The position numbers and the translations under genes are program-made. Positions 1-10,179 of a DNA stretch of 41,953 nucleotides are shown here, in pieces. This DNA comes from a virus (Duplodnaviria; Caudoviricetes). Location: the IMG/VR virus record IMGVR_UViG_3300044564_000014, positions 1 to 41,953 of that record; one strand, 5' to 3'. Numbering within the stretch: position 1 is the stretch's first letter; the number at the start of each line of letters is the position of its first letter. Below the pieces are notes generated by a model that saw only the letters and a program-made list of their open reading frames with translations, did no database searches and was not told the origin of the DNA.

Positions 1-4
1 TTCC

Positions 5-12
5 TACCTTTG
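5..12 (+). promoter_or_regulatory. Bacteroidota -7 promoter element (TACCTTTG) upstream of tRNA
   Basis: Matches the TAnnTTTG consensus ~30 bp upstream of the tRNA; the -33 element would lie outside the window. Confidence 0.7.
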
Positions 13-44
13 CAACCGCAAATCAGAAATGAGATGTAACATAT

Positions 45-117
45 CGCGGAGTGGAGCAGTTGGTAGCTCGCCAGGCTCATAACCTGGAGGTCGCACGTTC
101 GAGTCCTGCCTCCGCAA
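45..117 (+). tRNA. tRNA-Met (CAT), initiator-like; probable prophage integration site
   Basis: Cloverleaf CGCGGAG...CTCCGCA-A; D-arm GAGC/GCTC; anticodon arm CCAGG-CTCATAA-CCTGG; TTCGA T-loop; C1:A72 mismatch and A11:U24 are initiator traits; no encoded CCA. Confidence 0.92.
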
Positions 118-234
118 CTAAAACGCACTAAGATACTGTTTTACAGTGGCTTATGTGCGTTTTCCAGTTTTACTGGGACAATTTACAGACATTTTGTGGT
201 TCACATTGGTGACTTTTGTCAACAATGTAAAAAA

Positions 235-1398
235 ATGTTGGTCACAAGAAAAGAACTTATTTCTGAAAAAGCAATTGTTGAGTTTACAGTTCCCCGCCTG
301 CATACAGGGAGATCTTGGTATGTTGATTTTTTTGCATTCGATCCTTCTTTGGGAAAAATGCGTCGAAAAAAATATATGCTTAACCACTATCATCAGCAAA
401 GACAAAAACGGGACATTGCTTCAATTTTGATCCATAACCTTTACGAAAAATTAAAGGCGGGATGGAATCCTTTTATCAATGGGCGGAAGACCCGTCAATT
501 TACTGACTTTGAATCTGTGGTCCAACGTTATGTTGAATATACTCTTATTGCAGAAAAGAAAGAAATTATCAAGCCCAAAACCGGTATAGATTATCGTAGC
601 CGGATGAAACAACTACAGGAATATATGCAGGAATCAGGCAATAAGATCGGATATGTCTATCAGTTTGACCGGATCTTTGCCGTGGACTTTCTTGACTATC
701 TCATTTACGACAAGGATGTTTCTGCCAAGACCAGGAACAATTACAGGACATGGCTGTCCACCTTCGGTACATGGCTTACCGACCGGCAATATATTGATAT
801 CAATCCTATTGAGGGCATCCATATGATGCGAGAGAAAGATAAGAATCGTGATGCTATTCCAGTTGGCCAGTTGCGTAGGCTCCGCGAATACCTTGTGAGC
901 AGAACCCCGCCGTTCTACCTTGCCTGCATGATGGAGTATTATACCTTTATTCGTCCCGGAGAGCTCCGGTACATCAAGATCGGAGACATCTCCATCAAAG
1001 ATCAGACCATCTATGTATCTTCGGATGTTTCTAAAAATAGAAAAGGGCAGGTCGTGGCCATCAGCGATGCCTTGCTAAAGATGATGATTAGCCAACATGT
1101 CTTCGATCATCCGTCACAGGACTATCTTTTCGGCAAGGATATTTTCCCCGGGCCCGAGCAGATCTACATCAACCAGTTCCGGAAAGAGTGGGTAAAAGTT
1201 CGCAAAGCTCTTGATTTCCCTGATTCCTATCAGTTCTATTCTCTCAAGGATTCTGGTATCAGAGATTTGGCGAATGCCAAGGGAATCGTCGTTGCAAGAG
1301 ACCAGGCGAGGCACTCGGATATTTCCATTACCAACAAATACCTCAAGAGGGAACAGTCGGTAAATGAAGTGACGAAGCATTTTAAGGGCGAACTCTAA
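235..1398 (+). CDS. int: Tyrosine recombinase / phage integrase
   Basis: IRPGELR box I, YSLKDSG, ARHS and KYL catalytic motifs in Bacteroidota integrase style; SAM-like core (KTRNNY); ATG at 235 preferred over GTG at 196. Confidence 0.92.
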   Translation: MLVTRKELISEKAIVEFTVPRLHTGRSWYVDFFAFDPSLGKMRRKKYMLNHYHQQRQKRDIASILIHNLYEKLKAGWNPFINGRKTRQFTDFESVVQRYVEYTLIAEKKEIIKPKTGIDYRSRMKQLQEYMQESGNKIGYVYQFDRIFAVDFLDYLIYDKDVSAKTRNNYRTWLSTFGTWLTDRQYIDINPIEGIHMMREKDKNRDAIPVGQLRRLREYLVSRTPPFYLACMMEYYTFIRPGELRYIKIGDISIKDQTIYVSSDVSKNRKGQVVAISDALLKMMISQHVFDHPSQDYLFGKDIFPGPEQIYINQFRKEWVKVRKALDFPDSYQFYSLKDSGIRDLANAKGIVVARDQARHSDISITNKYLKREQSVNEVTKHFKGEL

Positions 1399-3323
1399 TC
1401 GATGAGTTCGTAGAAGTACCCGTTCTTTAGTGGATCTATTCCCTTTTCGGTCACTTCCATTTCAATTTTTGCGCAAATATACCTTTTGTTATGAAAAGTA
1501 TAAATGTACGCAGGATCCGGGATTTCTTCCGTTATGAATTGAATTTCAATCTCATTGTTTTTGTCAACATTATATTCTTTTTCCAGCAATCCCAATGAAT
1601 ACGGCAATTTTGACAGTGATAAAGATCCGCTATCCAACTTGCTCCAGGCATTGATCCTGCTATCCGAATAGGTAACAGGATAGCAATCTGTGCCATACTT
1701 AGCCTGGGGGATGTCAACGTTCTGTAATCCTTTAAGGTCTGTTACGACATGAGGAGATTGAAACATGACAGGCATCTTCGTATCATTCCCTTCGTTCTCT
1801 GTTCCTTCGTCTGTATCTACTCCATTCTCCATCGCATCCTGCACTGATACGTAATAGTCTCCATTTTCATCTTCAGTCATATTCTCATATCCGGATTCTT
1901 TGTCATTGGACACAGAAGGCACATAGACCTTAGTGTCACTCCCCATAAGGTCAAGAGCCGTAATCCATTTCGGTTCTGCCTGATAATGCTTGTACATCCT
2001 GACAAATGCTGCTGGACAGATGTTAAGGTCTACATAATCGTCAGAGTCTATGTCCCGAATAATAGGTGAGAAATAACCGCATTGTATCAGCTGTTCACTG
2101 GTATTATCGCTATCCGGATCATCATTGTTTGACATCGCGGCAAAGATATAATAATCGTTCCCGATCTGAAAAAGAGTTGTCCGTCTGTCCTTTGTAGACA
2201 TGCTCTTTGCAGCTGTCAGCAATAGATCCTTACTGTCATATTTTTTTAAAGTGAATTTCTTTTGCACATCATTTGAGATTACCTCTCTCCATTCATGATT
2301 AGTCGAGGCATCAAAGGCATATTCGATGTTGGATGTGGCGAGATTCTGCAGTCCGTCGTCGTCATGTTCGACGGTGAAATCGTCGGCCACTTCCTGCTCG
2401 ATACTTTTATTATTGAAAAGTTCATTCGTTGACAGTATGCTGACGGTTTTCTCGATCTCATCGAAAACAATCGAAGCATTAAAGAGCTTTCTGATTTCAT
2501 CGAGGAAATAATATACCGTCCAATGGGGGAGGGCATGTTCTATTTTTGTTGTCTTGGTAGCCGTGGCAACAAGGAGCCTGTTCCAGGGATCTATATCGAA
2601 GTCGTTTTCGGTGATTGTATAGCCCTCATATTCTAAAACCTTTTTAAGTACGTACATGAGATTAGGCTGTACCGCAATATTATACATGTGTGCCCATGTT
2701 CCCTTGTGGTTTATGCCATTCACGACACACGTGTCAAATGGCGTAACATTGATTGAATTGGCTATGATATTATTAGTTTCATCGTAGATCGGATTCAGGG
2801 CGCAAACTCCTTTTTGACCAACAAAGCTATCCTTAGAGAGATTGATAAAAATCATATCCCCGAAATTCTTGTTATCGGTACTGGTGTTATGCTTGATAAT
2901 GTTATTGAGACGGTAGTCGGTATAGAATCCTGATTGTATTCCAGAATCCAGGACTACGTCCGGAAAAGTAATCTCATCGATGTAATGATCCTCAAACTTT
3001 GAGTTATATTTGATTCTGGACTTTCCACCCACTATCTGCACCTTTACCGTTTCATTCGTAATTCCGGTAACGGTACCCTTGCCACTGATGATCAGACGGT
3101 TGTCAACATATAGACGGCACTCCTCGAAATCGGAAATCTTTTTCTTTACGTCGAAGCGCTGCACATTCCCGAATAATGTCCTATTGACCATTATCGCCAT
3201 AGGAAATGAAATCTCGTAGGTGTATGATCCGCTGTCCGTAACATACTGATTTTCGTATGTGATCTTGATTTTCGAAGAAGAATCAGGATAGCCTACCTTT
3301 CCGTCGAGTGTACAATAGATCAT
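1395..3323 (-). CDS. Phage tail structural protein (tail tip/hub-like)
   Basis: 642 aa directly downstream of tape measure gene; N-terminal 'ITYENQYVTDSGSYTYEISFP' typical of proteins after TMP in such phages; function inferred from position. Confidence 0.6.
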   Translation of the reverse strand: MIYCTLDGKVGYPDSSSKIKITYENQYVTDSGSYTYEISFPMAIMVNRTLFGNVQRFDVKKKISDFEECRLYVDNRLIISGKGTVTGITNETVKVQIVGGKSRIKYNSKFEDHYIDEITFPDVVLDSGIQSGFYTDYRLNNIIKHNTSTDNKNFGDMIFINLSKDSFVGQKGVCALNPIYDETNNIIANSINVTPFDTCVVNGINHKGTWAHMYNIAVQPNLMYVLKKVLEYEGYTITENDFDIDPWNRLLVATATKTTKIEHALPHWTVYYFLDEIRKLFNASIVFDEIEKTVSILSTNELFNNKSIEQEVADDFTVEHDDDGLQNLATSNIEYAFDASTNHEWREVISNDVQKKFTLKKYDSKDLLLTAAKSMSTKDRRTTLFQIGNDYYIFAAMSNNDDPDSDNTSEQLIQCGYFSPIIRDIDSDDYVDLNICPAAFVRMYKHYQAEPKWITALDLMGSDTKVYVPSVSNDKESGYENMTEDENGDYYVSVQDAMENGVDTDEGTENEGNDTKMPVMFQSPHVVTDLKGLQNVDIPQAKYGTDCYPVTYSDSRINAWSKLDSGSLSLSKLPYSLGLLEKEYNVDKNNEIEIQFITEEIPDPAYIYTFHNKRYICAKIEMEVTEKGIDPLKNGYFYELID

Positions 3324-3324
3324 A

Positions 3325-6300
3325 TTACTTGTTGTTATTCAATCTGTTGAATAAATCCAGCTGACGTTTCACTCCATTTCTCCCGTCAATGGAAACACTG
3401 GCCTGGATGCCTTGTGACAACTGTCTTTGCAGCTGGTCCATGATGTTACTGAGAGCTCCTATTGTGCCTGAGAGTTCTGAATTATCAGTACTCACGTTGA
3501 CTGTTGGGGCTGAGACGACCGTATTTTCCCCGCCAACAGAACGGCTCACATCGGCAGCGGTGAGACTGCCTACCGTATTGTTTTTCTGCGCCTGGTCAAT
3601 CAGTTGCAGTGCCGGCATGATGGCAGTATTGGCCAAAGCGGTATGGTTGGCCACAAATTCACCTTCGTGGACTATCCCCGCTTTCTTCCTGTAGTCGGAG
3701 CCGCCTGTGAACCCGCCTTCGTAATATCCGGCCTCCTCTGCCTGGTGTTGTTTCTTTATGGCAGCAAGATTGAGCATTCCGGCGGCCATGGCTATTCCAG
3801 CAGCGATAGGTGCCAGAACGAGATTCGCAGGATAGGGTGTACCTTCGTAAGCGGACGAATATGCATTCATCGCACCGATGATCATGGTTGCCGTGGCCTG
3901 AGCCAGTTCTATTTTCATCTGCTTCTTGTTGTATTTCGACTTGATCTTGGCGATTTCTTTTTCCTTTTTTTCCTCCAATGCTTTGGTTTTTGTAGAATTG
4001 CTCCCCGCAGCACCTTCCAGTTTTTCGTATTTCTTCGTCACGATATTCTGTTCGTACTCAGATTGTGCGGAGTAATAAGAGGACATCGCGCTCATAACCT
4101 GTGCGACAGATTCGTAGGCAGTCTGGATCTTGGAGACCATATCCTTGGCAAATTGCGAGGTAGCCTGCGATTTAGCCTGTTGATACTCAGCGTACGAGAT
4201 GGAATCGCTCTTGTATAATTCCTGCAACTGTGCCATCGTATCCTTATAGTGAGTAATATCTCCTGTGAGATAGGATCCCACAGATATTTCTGCTTCTGTC
4301 CCTTCATTAGCATATGCATTATTCGATGCAGCCTGATAGGCCGTGTTCGCATTTTCAGCGGTTCTTGATCGTAATGAATTCCGGTCAGCTTCTTCTGATT
4401 TCTCCCTTGCAAACTGGAGACGGATATTTTTCCGCATCTCCTGATATTCCTTTTCTTTTATCAGTCCTTTTTTGTAGAGGGAATCAAGTCCTTTCAGGGT
4501 AATCGTTTCCTGTTCCTGCAGGTCCTTACGCCCCCATTCCTCACGATACTGTGAGAGTTTTTGCAGGTAATTTTCCTCGTTGTCCAGTTGATGCTGTCTT
4601 TCGTTGTCTTCAAGTTCCGATTGCAGTTCCAGCCAATCTTCCGTCCCTTGGCCATAGAGTTTCTGTTTTTTCTTCAACGCCTCCTGGTCGCTCTGGAACA
4701 GGGCTTCGTTGACGGCGTCCTCGTCCATGTATATCTCGCTGTCTTTGTTGTAGTACTGAGCCTTGATAGCGGCATCGCGCTGCTGCTGCTCCACCTCGAT
4801 CGCCTTCAAGTTCATTTTCAACTTTTCTTCGTCATGGTCTTGTTTGGCTTTTTCTTCGGAGCGTAGGATGTCGTCATATTCCCTGGATCCGGATTTCCAC
4901 AGCTTTTTCCGGTTTTCGAGCCCTTTTTTCAGAATTTCCTCTTTCCGGTCGATGAATTCCTGGTAGGTGATCGTCCCTCTCGCATATTCCGTAGCGAGGT
5001 TGGCCAGTTCGAGGTTGGTAGCCGACTGTTCTTTCTGATCAGCCTCTTTTCGTCTTCTTTCTGCCTCCTTTTCTTCTTTTTCCTCTATATCTTTACGGTG
5101 TTTTTGTTTCTTTTCAAGTGCCTCCTGCTCCTTATCCGTAAGTCCACCTCCATTATTGTTGGAATCGGGATCGGGTTTTGGCTTTGGTTTGATCTCTTCC
5201 TTTTGCATGTCAGTTCCATAGACAGACTCAATGGCCTTTGCTTTCTTACCAACAGCATCAACCTTATTCTGGGCTGCCTTTACCCTTTTTTCAGCTCCAG
5301 ACACATTTGCATTAAGAAATTGAGTCTCGGCCTGAGAAGGAGCCATCATTGACTTCCGATTGATTTCCGTTGTCTTTTTTCTCAGTTCAAGTGTTTTGTT
5401 GTAATTTTCCTGAGCATCTTTCAGTTCAAGAGTAGCGTCAGCCTTTTCCTTACCGAGCGCTTGTAATTTTTCCTTGGCCCCCATGACTTCGTACATCCTC
5501 ATGAGAGACTTGATATAGTCATCAAGTTTTTGCTTATTAGCAACATACTTTGTGCGAGTTTTATCCAGTTTGGCATTATACCCAGGTATGATAGCATTTA
5601 ATTGATCTGCAGCTTTCTTTCGTTCTTCCATAGATAGGTTGCCGTTGTTCATTGCCTTTTCGAGAAGTTTTATCTTCGTGGTCTCCTCTGCCGTTTTTTC
5701 CGATGCCTGTTTTTGTATCTCGTTCAATTCTTTTTGCACGTCAATTTGTTTCTCAGTCCTCCGTGAAAGGTCAATCACCAACCCTACAAGAACTGCTATA
5801 GCTCCGGCTACTGCTATGTATGGATTGGCGATAAGGACTGCCCATAATTTCTTGCAGGATGCTACTACTGCATCGTTCCAAAAAACCTCCAGTTTCTTTT
5901 TAATAATATCTGCTTCTTCGACAACCGTAAGTGCAGTAATTCCAACAATTAGAGTAATAATAGTAACTTTGTACTTACTCACAAAATCAATTAGCCTTGA
6001 GAGTAAATGCACAAGATCACTGCCTCTTGATATCGTATATCTCGCCACCGGCATCAGTTTCTGTCCGAGTTCTATACTAAGGTCTGAAAATTTCTTCTTT
6101 GCTTTGTCTAATTGTGCAGCAACGGTATTATTTTGAATATTAAACTCATTGAGCACTGATGTGCCTTTATTATATTCCGTTGTAGCCAGTCTCTGTGCTG
6201 TTTTAACTTGATCCAAATGTGATGCTACAGAAGACAATACACCTACAGCACGAGTACCATCCAAGTTCATTGATTCGAACATAGGAGCCATCTGCGCGAA

Positions 6301-7944
6301 CCCGCCCTTACTTTTCATTGCTGATAAAAATTCCAGCAAAGCACCATTGGCATCTGTCTTCAACAGTTGTGAAAACTTTTTCACGTTTTCTCCGGCTAAC
6401 TTTGCGAACTTGGCCGGATCCTGGTACATTTTTGTAATTAACTGCGAGAAGACTGTAGATGCAGTTGATTCTTCCTGCATGTTCTGGTCCAGCGTGGACG
6501 CCAGTCCCATTATCTGTGCCTGAGTCATATTGGCCTGCCTGCCTACACCAGACAGATCAGCGGTAAAGTCGACGATATATCCGGCATTCGCAGAAGAATT
6601 CTGTGCCAGTTCGTTGACCGCTGAACCTGTCGCATACATTGCTCCCCGGAGTCCTTTAGTCTTATCCTCACCAAACATTTGAGCGAGCTTACCGATTTTT
6701 TCAACCGCTCCTTCTCCGAGGTCATCTCCTAAAGCCACATTGATTTTATCAGCTCCATCCACAAACTCTTCTACCATTTGCGTACTGGTAATACCCAGCC
6801 TTCCGGCAGCACCTGCAAGATCATTGAGCTGTTCCCGAGAGGTGCGCGTATCCATCTGCTTGAAATCCTCATTCATCTGGCGGACCTGTGTGTCCGTCTG
6901 TCCCGTGTATTTCCGGACGTTAGCCATCACATCTTCCATTTTGGCAAAATCCTCCACACACTTGCGGATGGTAAGTGACAGCCCCGTAATGGCAGCAATG
7001 GCAGTCATGGCCATAGCCTGCATCCGGTTGAATTCGTCCGCAGCCTTTCCGATCCACGACTGCTGTGCCGCTCCTTCCGTGCGGACTGCCTGGAGTTGTG
7101 CTTGCAGTCTCCTTGACTGGCGGGTCATCTGGCGGAACTCTTCCGTTCCCCGGTCCATGCCCCGCAACTGTTCGTTGACGATTTTCAGAGAATATTCCAG
7201 GTCCCTTACCGATGACCGGTCGAGGGACTTCAATGTCCTGTTGACCAGTTCCGTATTGCTGGCCACTGTCCGTGACTCCTGTCCGGCTTTTTCAAGTTCG
7301 TTGTTATACTGTTCGATGACCGTATTGACCACCCTTTGTTTTTCGGCTATCTCCGCCAGGCGGGCCTTGATTTTCAACAGGTCCTCGTTCTGCCGTGCGT
7401 AGGCTGTCGATGACGGGCTGAGTCCGGCCATGCGACTCTCAATTGTCGACTGTGCCGACTTGAGGTCGTTGACCGATGAACCGTTGATATTTCCCACCAC
7501 ATTGGCCGCGAGCTGCGCATCATTGACCATCTTCCGGATTTCCTCATTGGAAGCACTTACCGCTCCCTTGATCTCATCAACCCTGTCCTTGCATTGTTCG
7601 AGGATATTGTTCAGCCGGCGGAAATCGTCCGGATCAGAAGTTTTCTTCATTTCCGTCCGAACTGCCCTCATGGCCTTCTCCACGTCCCCGAGGGTAGCTT
7701 CCGACAGGTTGTTGACCGTATCAATGGTCTTCCGGACATTCGTATCGTACGACCTGAGTTCTGCACGAGCAGCTTTCAGGTCCTTGTTGATGTCTTTGAT
7801 AAAGTTACTGTCAGCCTTGGCTGCGATAGCCTTATCGCGGGCAGCGGTAAGGTCTTCCACCTTTCTTTTCAGCTCCTGGAGACTGTTCTTTGCCTCCGAA
7901 TCGTTGAGCCGGATGATGGTCGTAAATTCCTGGGTATTTGCCAT
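3325..7944 (-). CDS. Tail tape measure protein
   Basis: 1539 aa, helical/coiled-coil, TP901-like core (MANVRKYTG...LAGAAGRLG...AVNELAQN), hydrophobic segments, C-terminal GYYEGGFTG...GIVHEGEFV motif. Confidence 0.93.
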   Translation of the reverse strand: MANTQEFTTIIRLNDSEAKNSLQELKRKVEDLTAARDKAIAAKADSNFIKDINKDLKAARAELRSYDTNVRKTIDTVNNLSEATLGDVEKAMRAVRTEMKKTSDPDDFRRLNNILEQCKDRVDEIKGAVSASNEEIRKMVNDAQLAANVVGNINGSSVNDLKSAQSTIESRMAGLSPSSTAYARQNEDLLKIKARLAEIAEKQRVVNTVIEQYNNELEKAGQESRTVASNTELVNRTLKSLDRSSVRDLEYSLKIVNEQLRGMDRGTEEFRQMTRQSRRLQAQLQAVRTEGAAQQSWIGKAADEFNRMQAMAMTAIAAITGLSLTIRKCVEDFAKMEDVMANVRKYTGQTDTQVRQMNEDFKQMDTRTSREQLNDLAGAAGRLGITSTQMVEEFVDGADKINVALGDDLGEGAVEKIGKLAQMFGEDKTKGLRGAMYATGSAVNELAQNSSANAGYIVDFTADLSGVGRQANMTQAQIMGLASTLDQNMQEESTASTVFSQLITKMYQDPAKFAKLAGENVKKFSQLLKTDANGALLEFLSAMKSKGGFAQMAPMFESMNLDGTRAVGVLSSVASHLDQVKTAQRLATTEYNKGTSVLNEFNIQNNTVAAQLDKAKKKFSDLSIELGQKLMPVARYTISRGSDLVHLLSRLIDFVSKYKVTIITLIVGITALTVVEEADIIKKKLEVFWNDAVVASCKKLWAVLIANPYIAVAGAIAVLVGLVIDLSRRTEKQIDVQKELNEIQKQASEKTAEETTKIKLLEKAMNNGNLSMEERKKAADQLNAIIPGYNAKLDKTRTKYVANKQKLDDYIKSLMRMYEVMGAKEKLQALGKEKADATLELKDAQENYNKTLELRKKTTEINRKSMMAPSQAETQFLNANVSGAEKRVKAAQNKVDAVGKKAKAIESVYGTDMQKEEIKPKPKPDPDSNNNGGGLTDKEQEALEKKQKHRKDIEEKEEKEAERRRKEADQKEQSATNLELANLATEYARGTITYQEFIDRKEEILKKGLENRKKLWKSGSREYDDILRSEEKAKQDHDEEKLKMNLKAIEVEQQQRDAAIKAQYYNKDSEIYMDEDAVNEALFQSDQEALKKKQKLYGQGTEDWLELQSELEDNERQHQLDNEENYLQKLSQYREEWGRKDLQEQETITLKGLDSLYKKGLIKEKEYQEMRKNIRLQFAREKSEEADRNSLRSRTAENANTAYQAASNNAYANEGTEAEISVGSYLTGDITHYKDTMAQLQELYKSDSISYAEYQQAKSQATSQFAKDMVSKIQTAYESVAQVMSAMSSYYSAQSEYEQNIVTKKYEKLEGAAGSNSTKTKALEEKKEKEIAKIKSKYNKKQMKIELAQATATMIIGAMNAYSSAYEGTPYPANLVLAPIAAGIAMAAGMLNLAAIKKQHQAEEAGYYEGGFTGGSDYRKKAGIVHEGEFVANHTALANTAIMPALQLIDQAQKNNTVGSLTAADVSRSVGGENTVVSAPTVNVSTDNSELSGTIGALSNIMDQLQRQLSQGIQASVSIDGRNGVKRQLDLFNRLNNNK

Positions 7945-8531
7945 TAGTCTACGGTGATATTTTGCTGATATTCAATCTTTGAGTGAGGGTTGAAGTTGAC
8001 GATCTTCACTCTGTAACTTTTCACGCCCCATCTCCACCAGAGGAACCTATGCCGATATTCCTTGTACAGGATAGTCGTGACTGAATCCCGTACGGAATAG
8101 CGTAGGGAGGAATCCCGCAGGGACAGGTGGAACTCCGCCCAATGGTCCCTGTAATCGTACCGGTCCGGAGAGACTTTTTCCAGTTGTACCGAATCGGAAA
8201 CCGATGATACCGTCATGGACTGGTCACGCACCGTTCCCGCTGTCAGGTCCAGGTCTTTGAGGAAAGTCCGGTCTGCAGTCTTCTTGTATGAGGACCTGCT
8301 TACTTCGTCCACAGGTGCGGACACCACCAGGACGGAGTCCCTGATAGTGTCCACGCGAATGGGCTGAGCTATCTGCACATGAGCCAGTTCGTTTTTCAGT
8401 CTGTCGATCTGCTGTCCCCTTGACGACAGTTCGATGGCCCCCTTATAGAAAAGGGCGGAAAGCAATAGCACCAGCAGGATTACTGCAGGCCATTGCTTTC
8501 CGCCTCCTTCTTCTCTGATTCTGACTTCCAT
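7944..8531 (-). CDS. Membrane-anchored lysis-cassette protein (spanin-like, DUF6549-like)
   Basis: N-terminal TM helix, short coiled coil, C-terminal RFLWWRWG motif; downstream of holin and lysin. Confidence 0.5.
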   Translation of the reverse strand: MEVRIREEGGGKQWPAVILLVLLLSALFYKGAIELSSRGQQIDRLKNELAHVQIAQPIRVDTIRDSVLVVSAPVDEVSRSSYKKTADRTFLKDLDLTAGTVRDQSMTVSSVSDSVQLEKVSPDRYDYRDHWAEFHLSLRDSSLRYSVRDSVTTILYKEYRHRFLWWRWGVKSYRVKIVNFNPHSKIEYQQNITVD

Positions 8532-9017
8532 TTATAGATTGGCTTTCGTGTCATAGATGGCCTTGACTATGCTGTACACCTCCTGCCAAGAGAGTTTTCC
8601 GTCCGTGAGCGACGCGGCAATCATGGCTGACAGCTCCGTCCATGCGATAGCCCTCTGGTCTGTCTCCAGTTGCCGGGCATAATCGAGTATGAGTTTCAAT
8701 TTTTCCGCCACATTCGGCGTGGATGCGGCATCGTAGGAGATATTGAGCGCAGCGATGGCACGGTTCATGTTGTCATCGGTAAAAATTGTGTCTACGAGTT
8801 CTACACCGATTTTCGCGTAGGTTCCGCCAAGCGTTACTACCCATGATTTCAGGGCGGATACAATTGCAGATCCGTTGTACTCTTTGATGAAGTTGAGGAT
8901 GTTCACAGCCAATGGCGCATAGACCTTGACAAATTCATCATTTTCCTGCAGCACTCCGGCAAACCAGTTGGTGAGTTTGTTGAAGAGCGCCTTGATTTTG
9001 GCAAAAAACTTTTTCAT
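8532..9017 (-). CDS. Hypothetical protein in lysis cassette
   Basis: 161-aa ORF with amphipathic basic N-terminus, tightly packed between lysin and spanin-like genes. Confidence 0.6.
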   Translation of the reverse strand: MKKFFAKIKALFNKLTNWFAGVLQENDEFVKVYAPLAVNILNFIKEYNGSAIVSALKSWVVTLGGTYAKIGVELVDTIFTDDNMNRAIAALNISYDAASTPNVAEKLKLILDYARQLETDQRAIAWTELSAMIAASLTDGKLSWQEVYSIVKAIYDTKANL

Positions 9018-9035
9018 AATTGGTATTTGTTGATA

Positions 9036-9452
9036 TTATAAAAGATCATACCCGCTCCGGACCTCTTTCATGTCTGCCTGTACCCCGTTTTCAATTCGGG
9101 ACATGGCAGCGACTACTGCACACATCATCGCCTTGCTTGACAGTTCCAAGGTAGCATCAGGACCTATGCCACTCCATTGCGACACTTTCGAGATATAGTT
9201 GGCTGTATCATTTTCCGTTGAAGGAGCCCATCTGGTAATGATTTTCCGGATTGTATTCAGTCCGTATTTGTTGTAGTAAGTACGGACAATCACGAACATA
9301 GCCCGATAGCCATAGGTCATCGACGTGAACTGCTTGAACGCTTTGTCCTGGGACGGACGACGTTCACCCTTGAATTTCGTTATCCGTGAGATGCGGATAT
9401 TCCCCGGATTATAATTTCGGAGACCTCTACTTTTTTTCATCATCGTCTTCAT
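9036..9452 (-). CDS. Lysozyme-like endolysin candidate ('P5-like' RNxNPGNIR family)
   Basis: RGLRNYNPGNIR, F...YGYRA, IITRWAPSTENDTANYI and IENG motifs; adjacent to holin. Confidence 0.75.
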   Translation of the reverse strand: MKTMMKKSRGLRNYNPGNIRISRITKFKGERRPSQDKAFKQFTSMTYGYRAMFVIVRTYYNKYGLNTIRKIITRWAPSTENDTANYISKVSQWSGIGPDATLELSSKAMMCAVVAAMSRIENGVQADMKEVRSGYDLL

Positions 9453-9687
9453 TTTTAGTTACTTTATCTTCGATAAAACTCTTAATATCGCCCATTTTCG
9501 ACCGTATATAGACCGAAACACCGAAGATACTCCCGGCATAAACGAGCGTCTGTGCCACGTACCACAGGACGCTGTCATCCACCTTGTAGTGATTTAGGAA
9601 AAAACACAGGAAAGTCAGTAAAATGCCACTAAAAAGCATAACTACCGCAGATCCATATTGTATCCATTCTTTAGTATTTGCTTTCAT
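9427..9687 (-). CDS. Holin
   Basis: 86 aa (start MKANTKEW), two TM helices, charged C-terminus, overlaps lysin start. Confidence 0.7.
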   Translation of the reverse strand: MKANTKEWIQYGSAVVMLFSGILLTFLCFFLNHYKVDDSVLWYVAQTLVYAGSIFGVSVYIRSKMGDIKSFIEDKVTKNEDDDEKK

Positions 9688-9708
9688 GCCTATATTTTTA
9701 TTCAGGCA

Positions 9709-9742
9709 CAAATATAGAGAATCGTTTATGACATAAAAATAC
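9709..9742 (-). promoter_or_regulatory. Putative late promoter (GTATTTTT-N18-TATATTTG) for lysis/TMP operon
   Basis: Bipartite motif shared with three other structural-operon leaders. Confidence 0.6.
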
Positions 9743-9771
9743 GCCATCACCCTTTTGGATGATGGCGTATT
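9735..9771 (-). terminator. Intrinsic terminator ending the TR-RT transcript
   Basis: 12-bp perfect inverted repeat AATACGCCATCA/TGATGGCGTATT followed by a T-run on the minus strand. Confidence 0.7.
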
Positions 9772-9789
9772 AACGAGAAAAGAAGACTG

Positions 9790-10167
9790 TCAGGCTTTCA
9801 GCCACTCGTCAACTATATTTTTTGCATTCTCACACCAGGCAGTATACGTCGTCCATTCGTCGGCGTAGGCTTCCGAGTCCGTCTGATGATGTCGTTGGAC
9901 GGCGAATTCTTCGGATTCTCCGTATTTCGATCTGATGACCGCATTGACCAGATCGTCCCTGCTATTAGTGTCCGTACAAGGCATGATTGTGCCTCCATCC
10001 ACTTCTGGACCGGAATACTGATACCCTGTATAAGGTTCCGTCTGAGTTCCGGAGTCATCCGCTTTCGGCTGATACTTATCCAGAATCGTCTCGTTAAGAT
10101 AACCGATGATGTGTGTGGAGTCGTACTTCTTATATGTCCGTTTCTCCCGATATACTACTGTGTTCAT
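9790..10167 (-). CDS. Hypothetical phage protein downstream of DGR RT (possible tail-fibre assembly chaperone)
   Basis: 125 aa with 'LVNAVIRSKY..EEFAV...W..Y..W...AK' pattern typical of small proteins near tail-fibre genes; function inferred. Confidence 0.5.
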   Translation of the reverse strand: MNTVVYREKRTYKKYDSTHIIGYLNETILDKYQPKADDSGTQTEPYTGYQYSGPEVDGGTIMPCTDTNSRDDLVNAVIRSKYGESEEFAVQRHHQTDSEAYADEWTTYTAWCENAKNIVDEWLKA

Positions 10168-10179
10168 ACTATTTTATTT

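Noticed and set aside
3389-7957. Several long plus-strand ORFs inside the tape measure gene (and similar ones at 19510-20145, 23051-23824, 31523-32128)
   Set aside because: Antisense shadows of well-supported minus-strand genes with no recognisable motifs
7944-8531. Tail-assembly-chaperone frameshift pair upstream of TMP
   Set aside because: The gene upstream of TMP is a membrane-anchored lysis-type protein and no slippery-site ORF pair was evident
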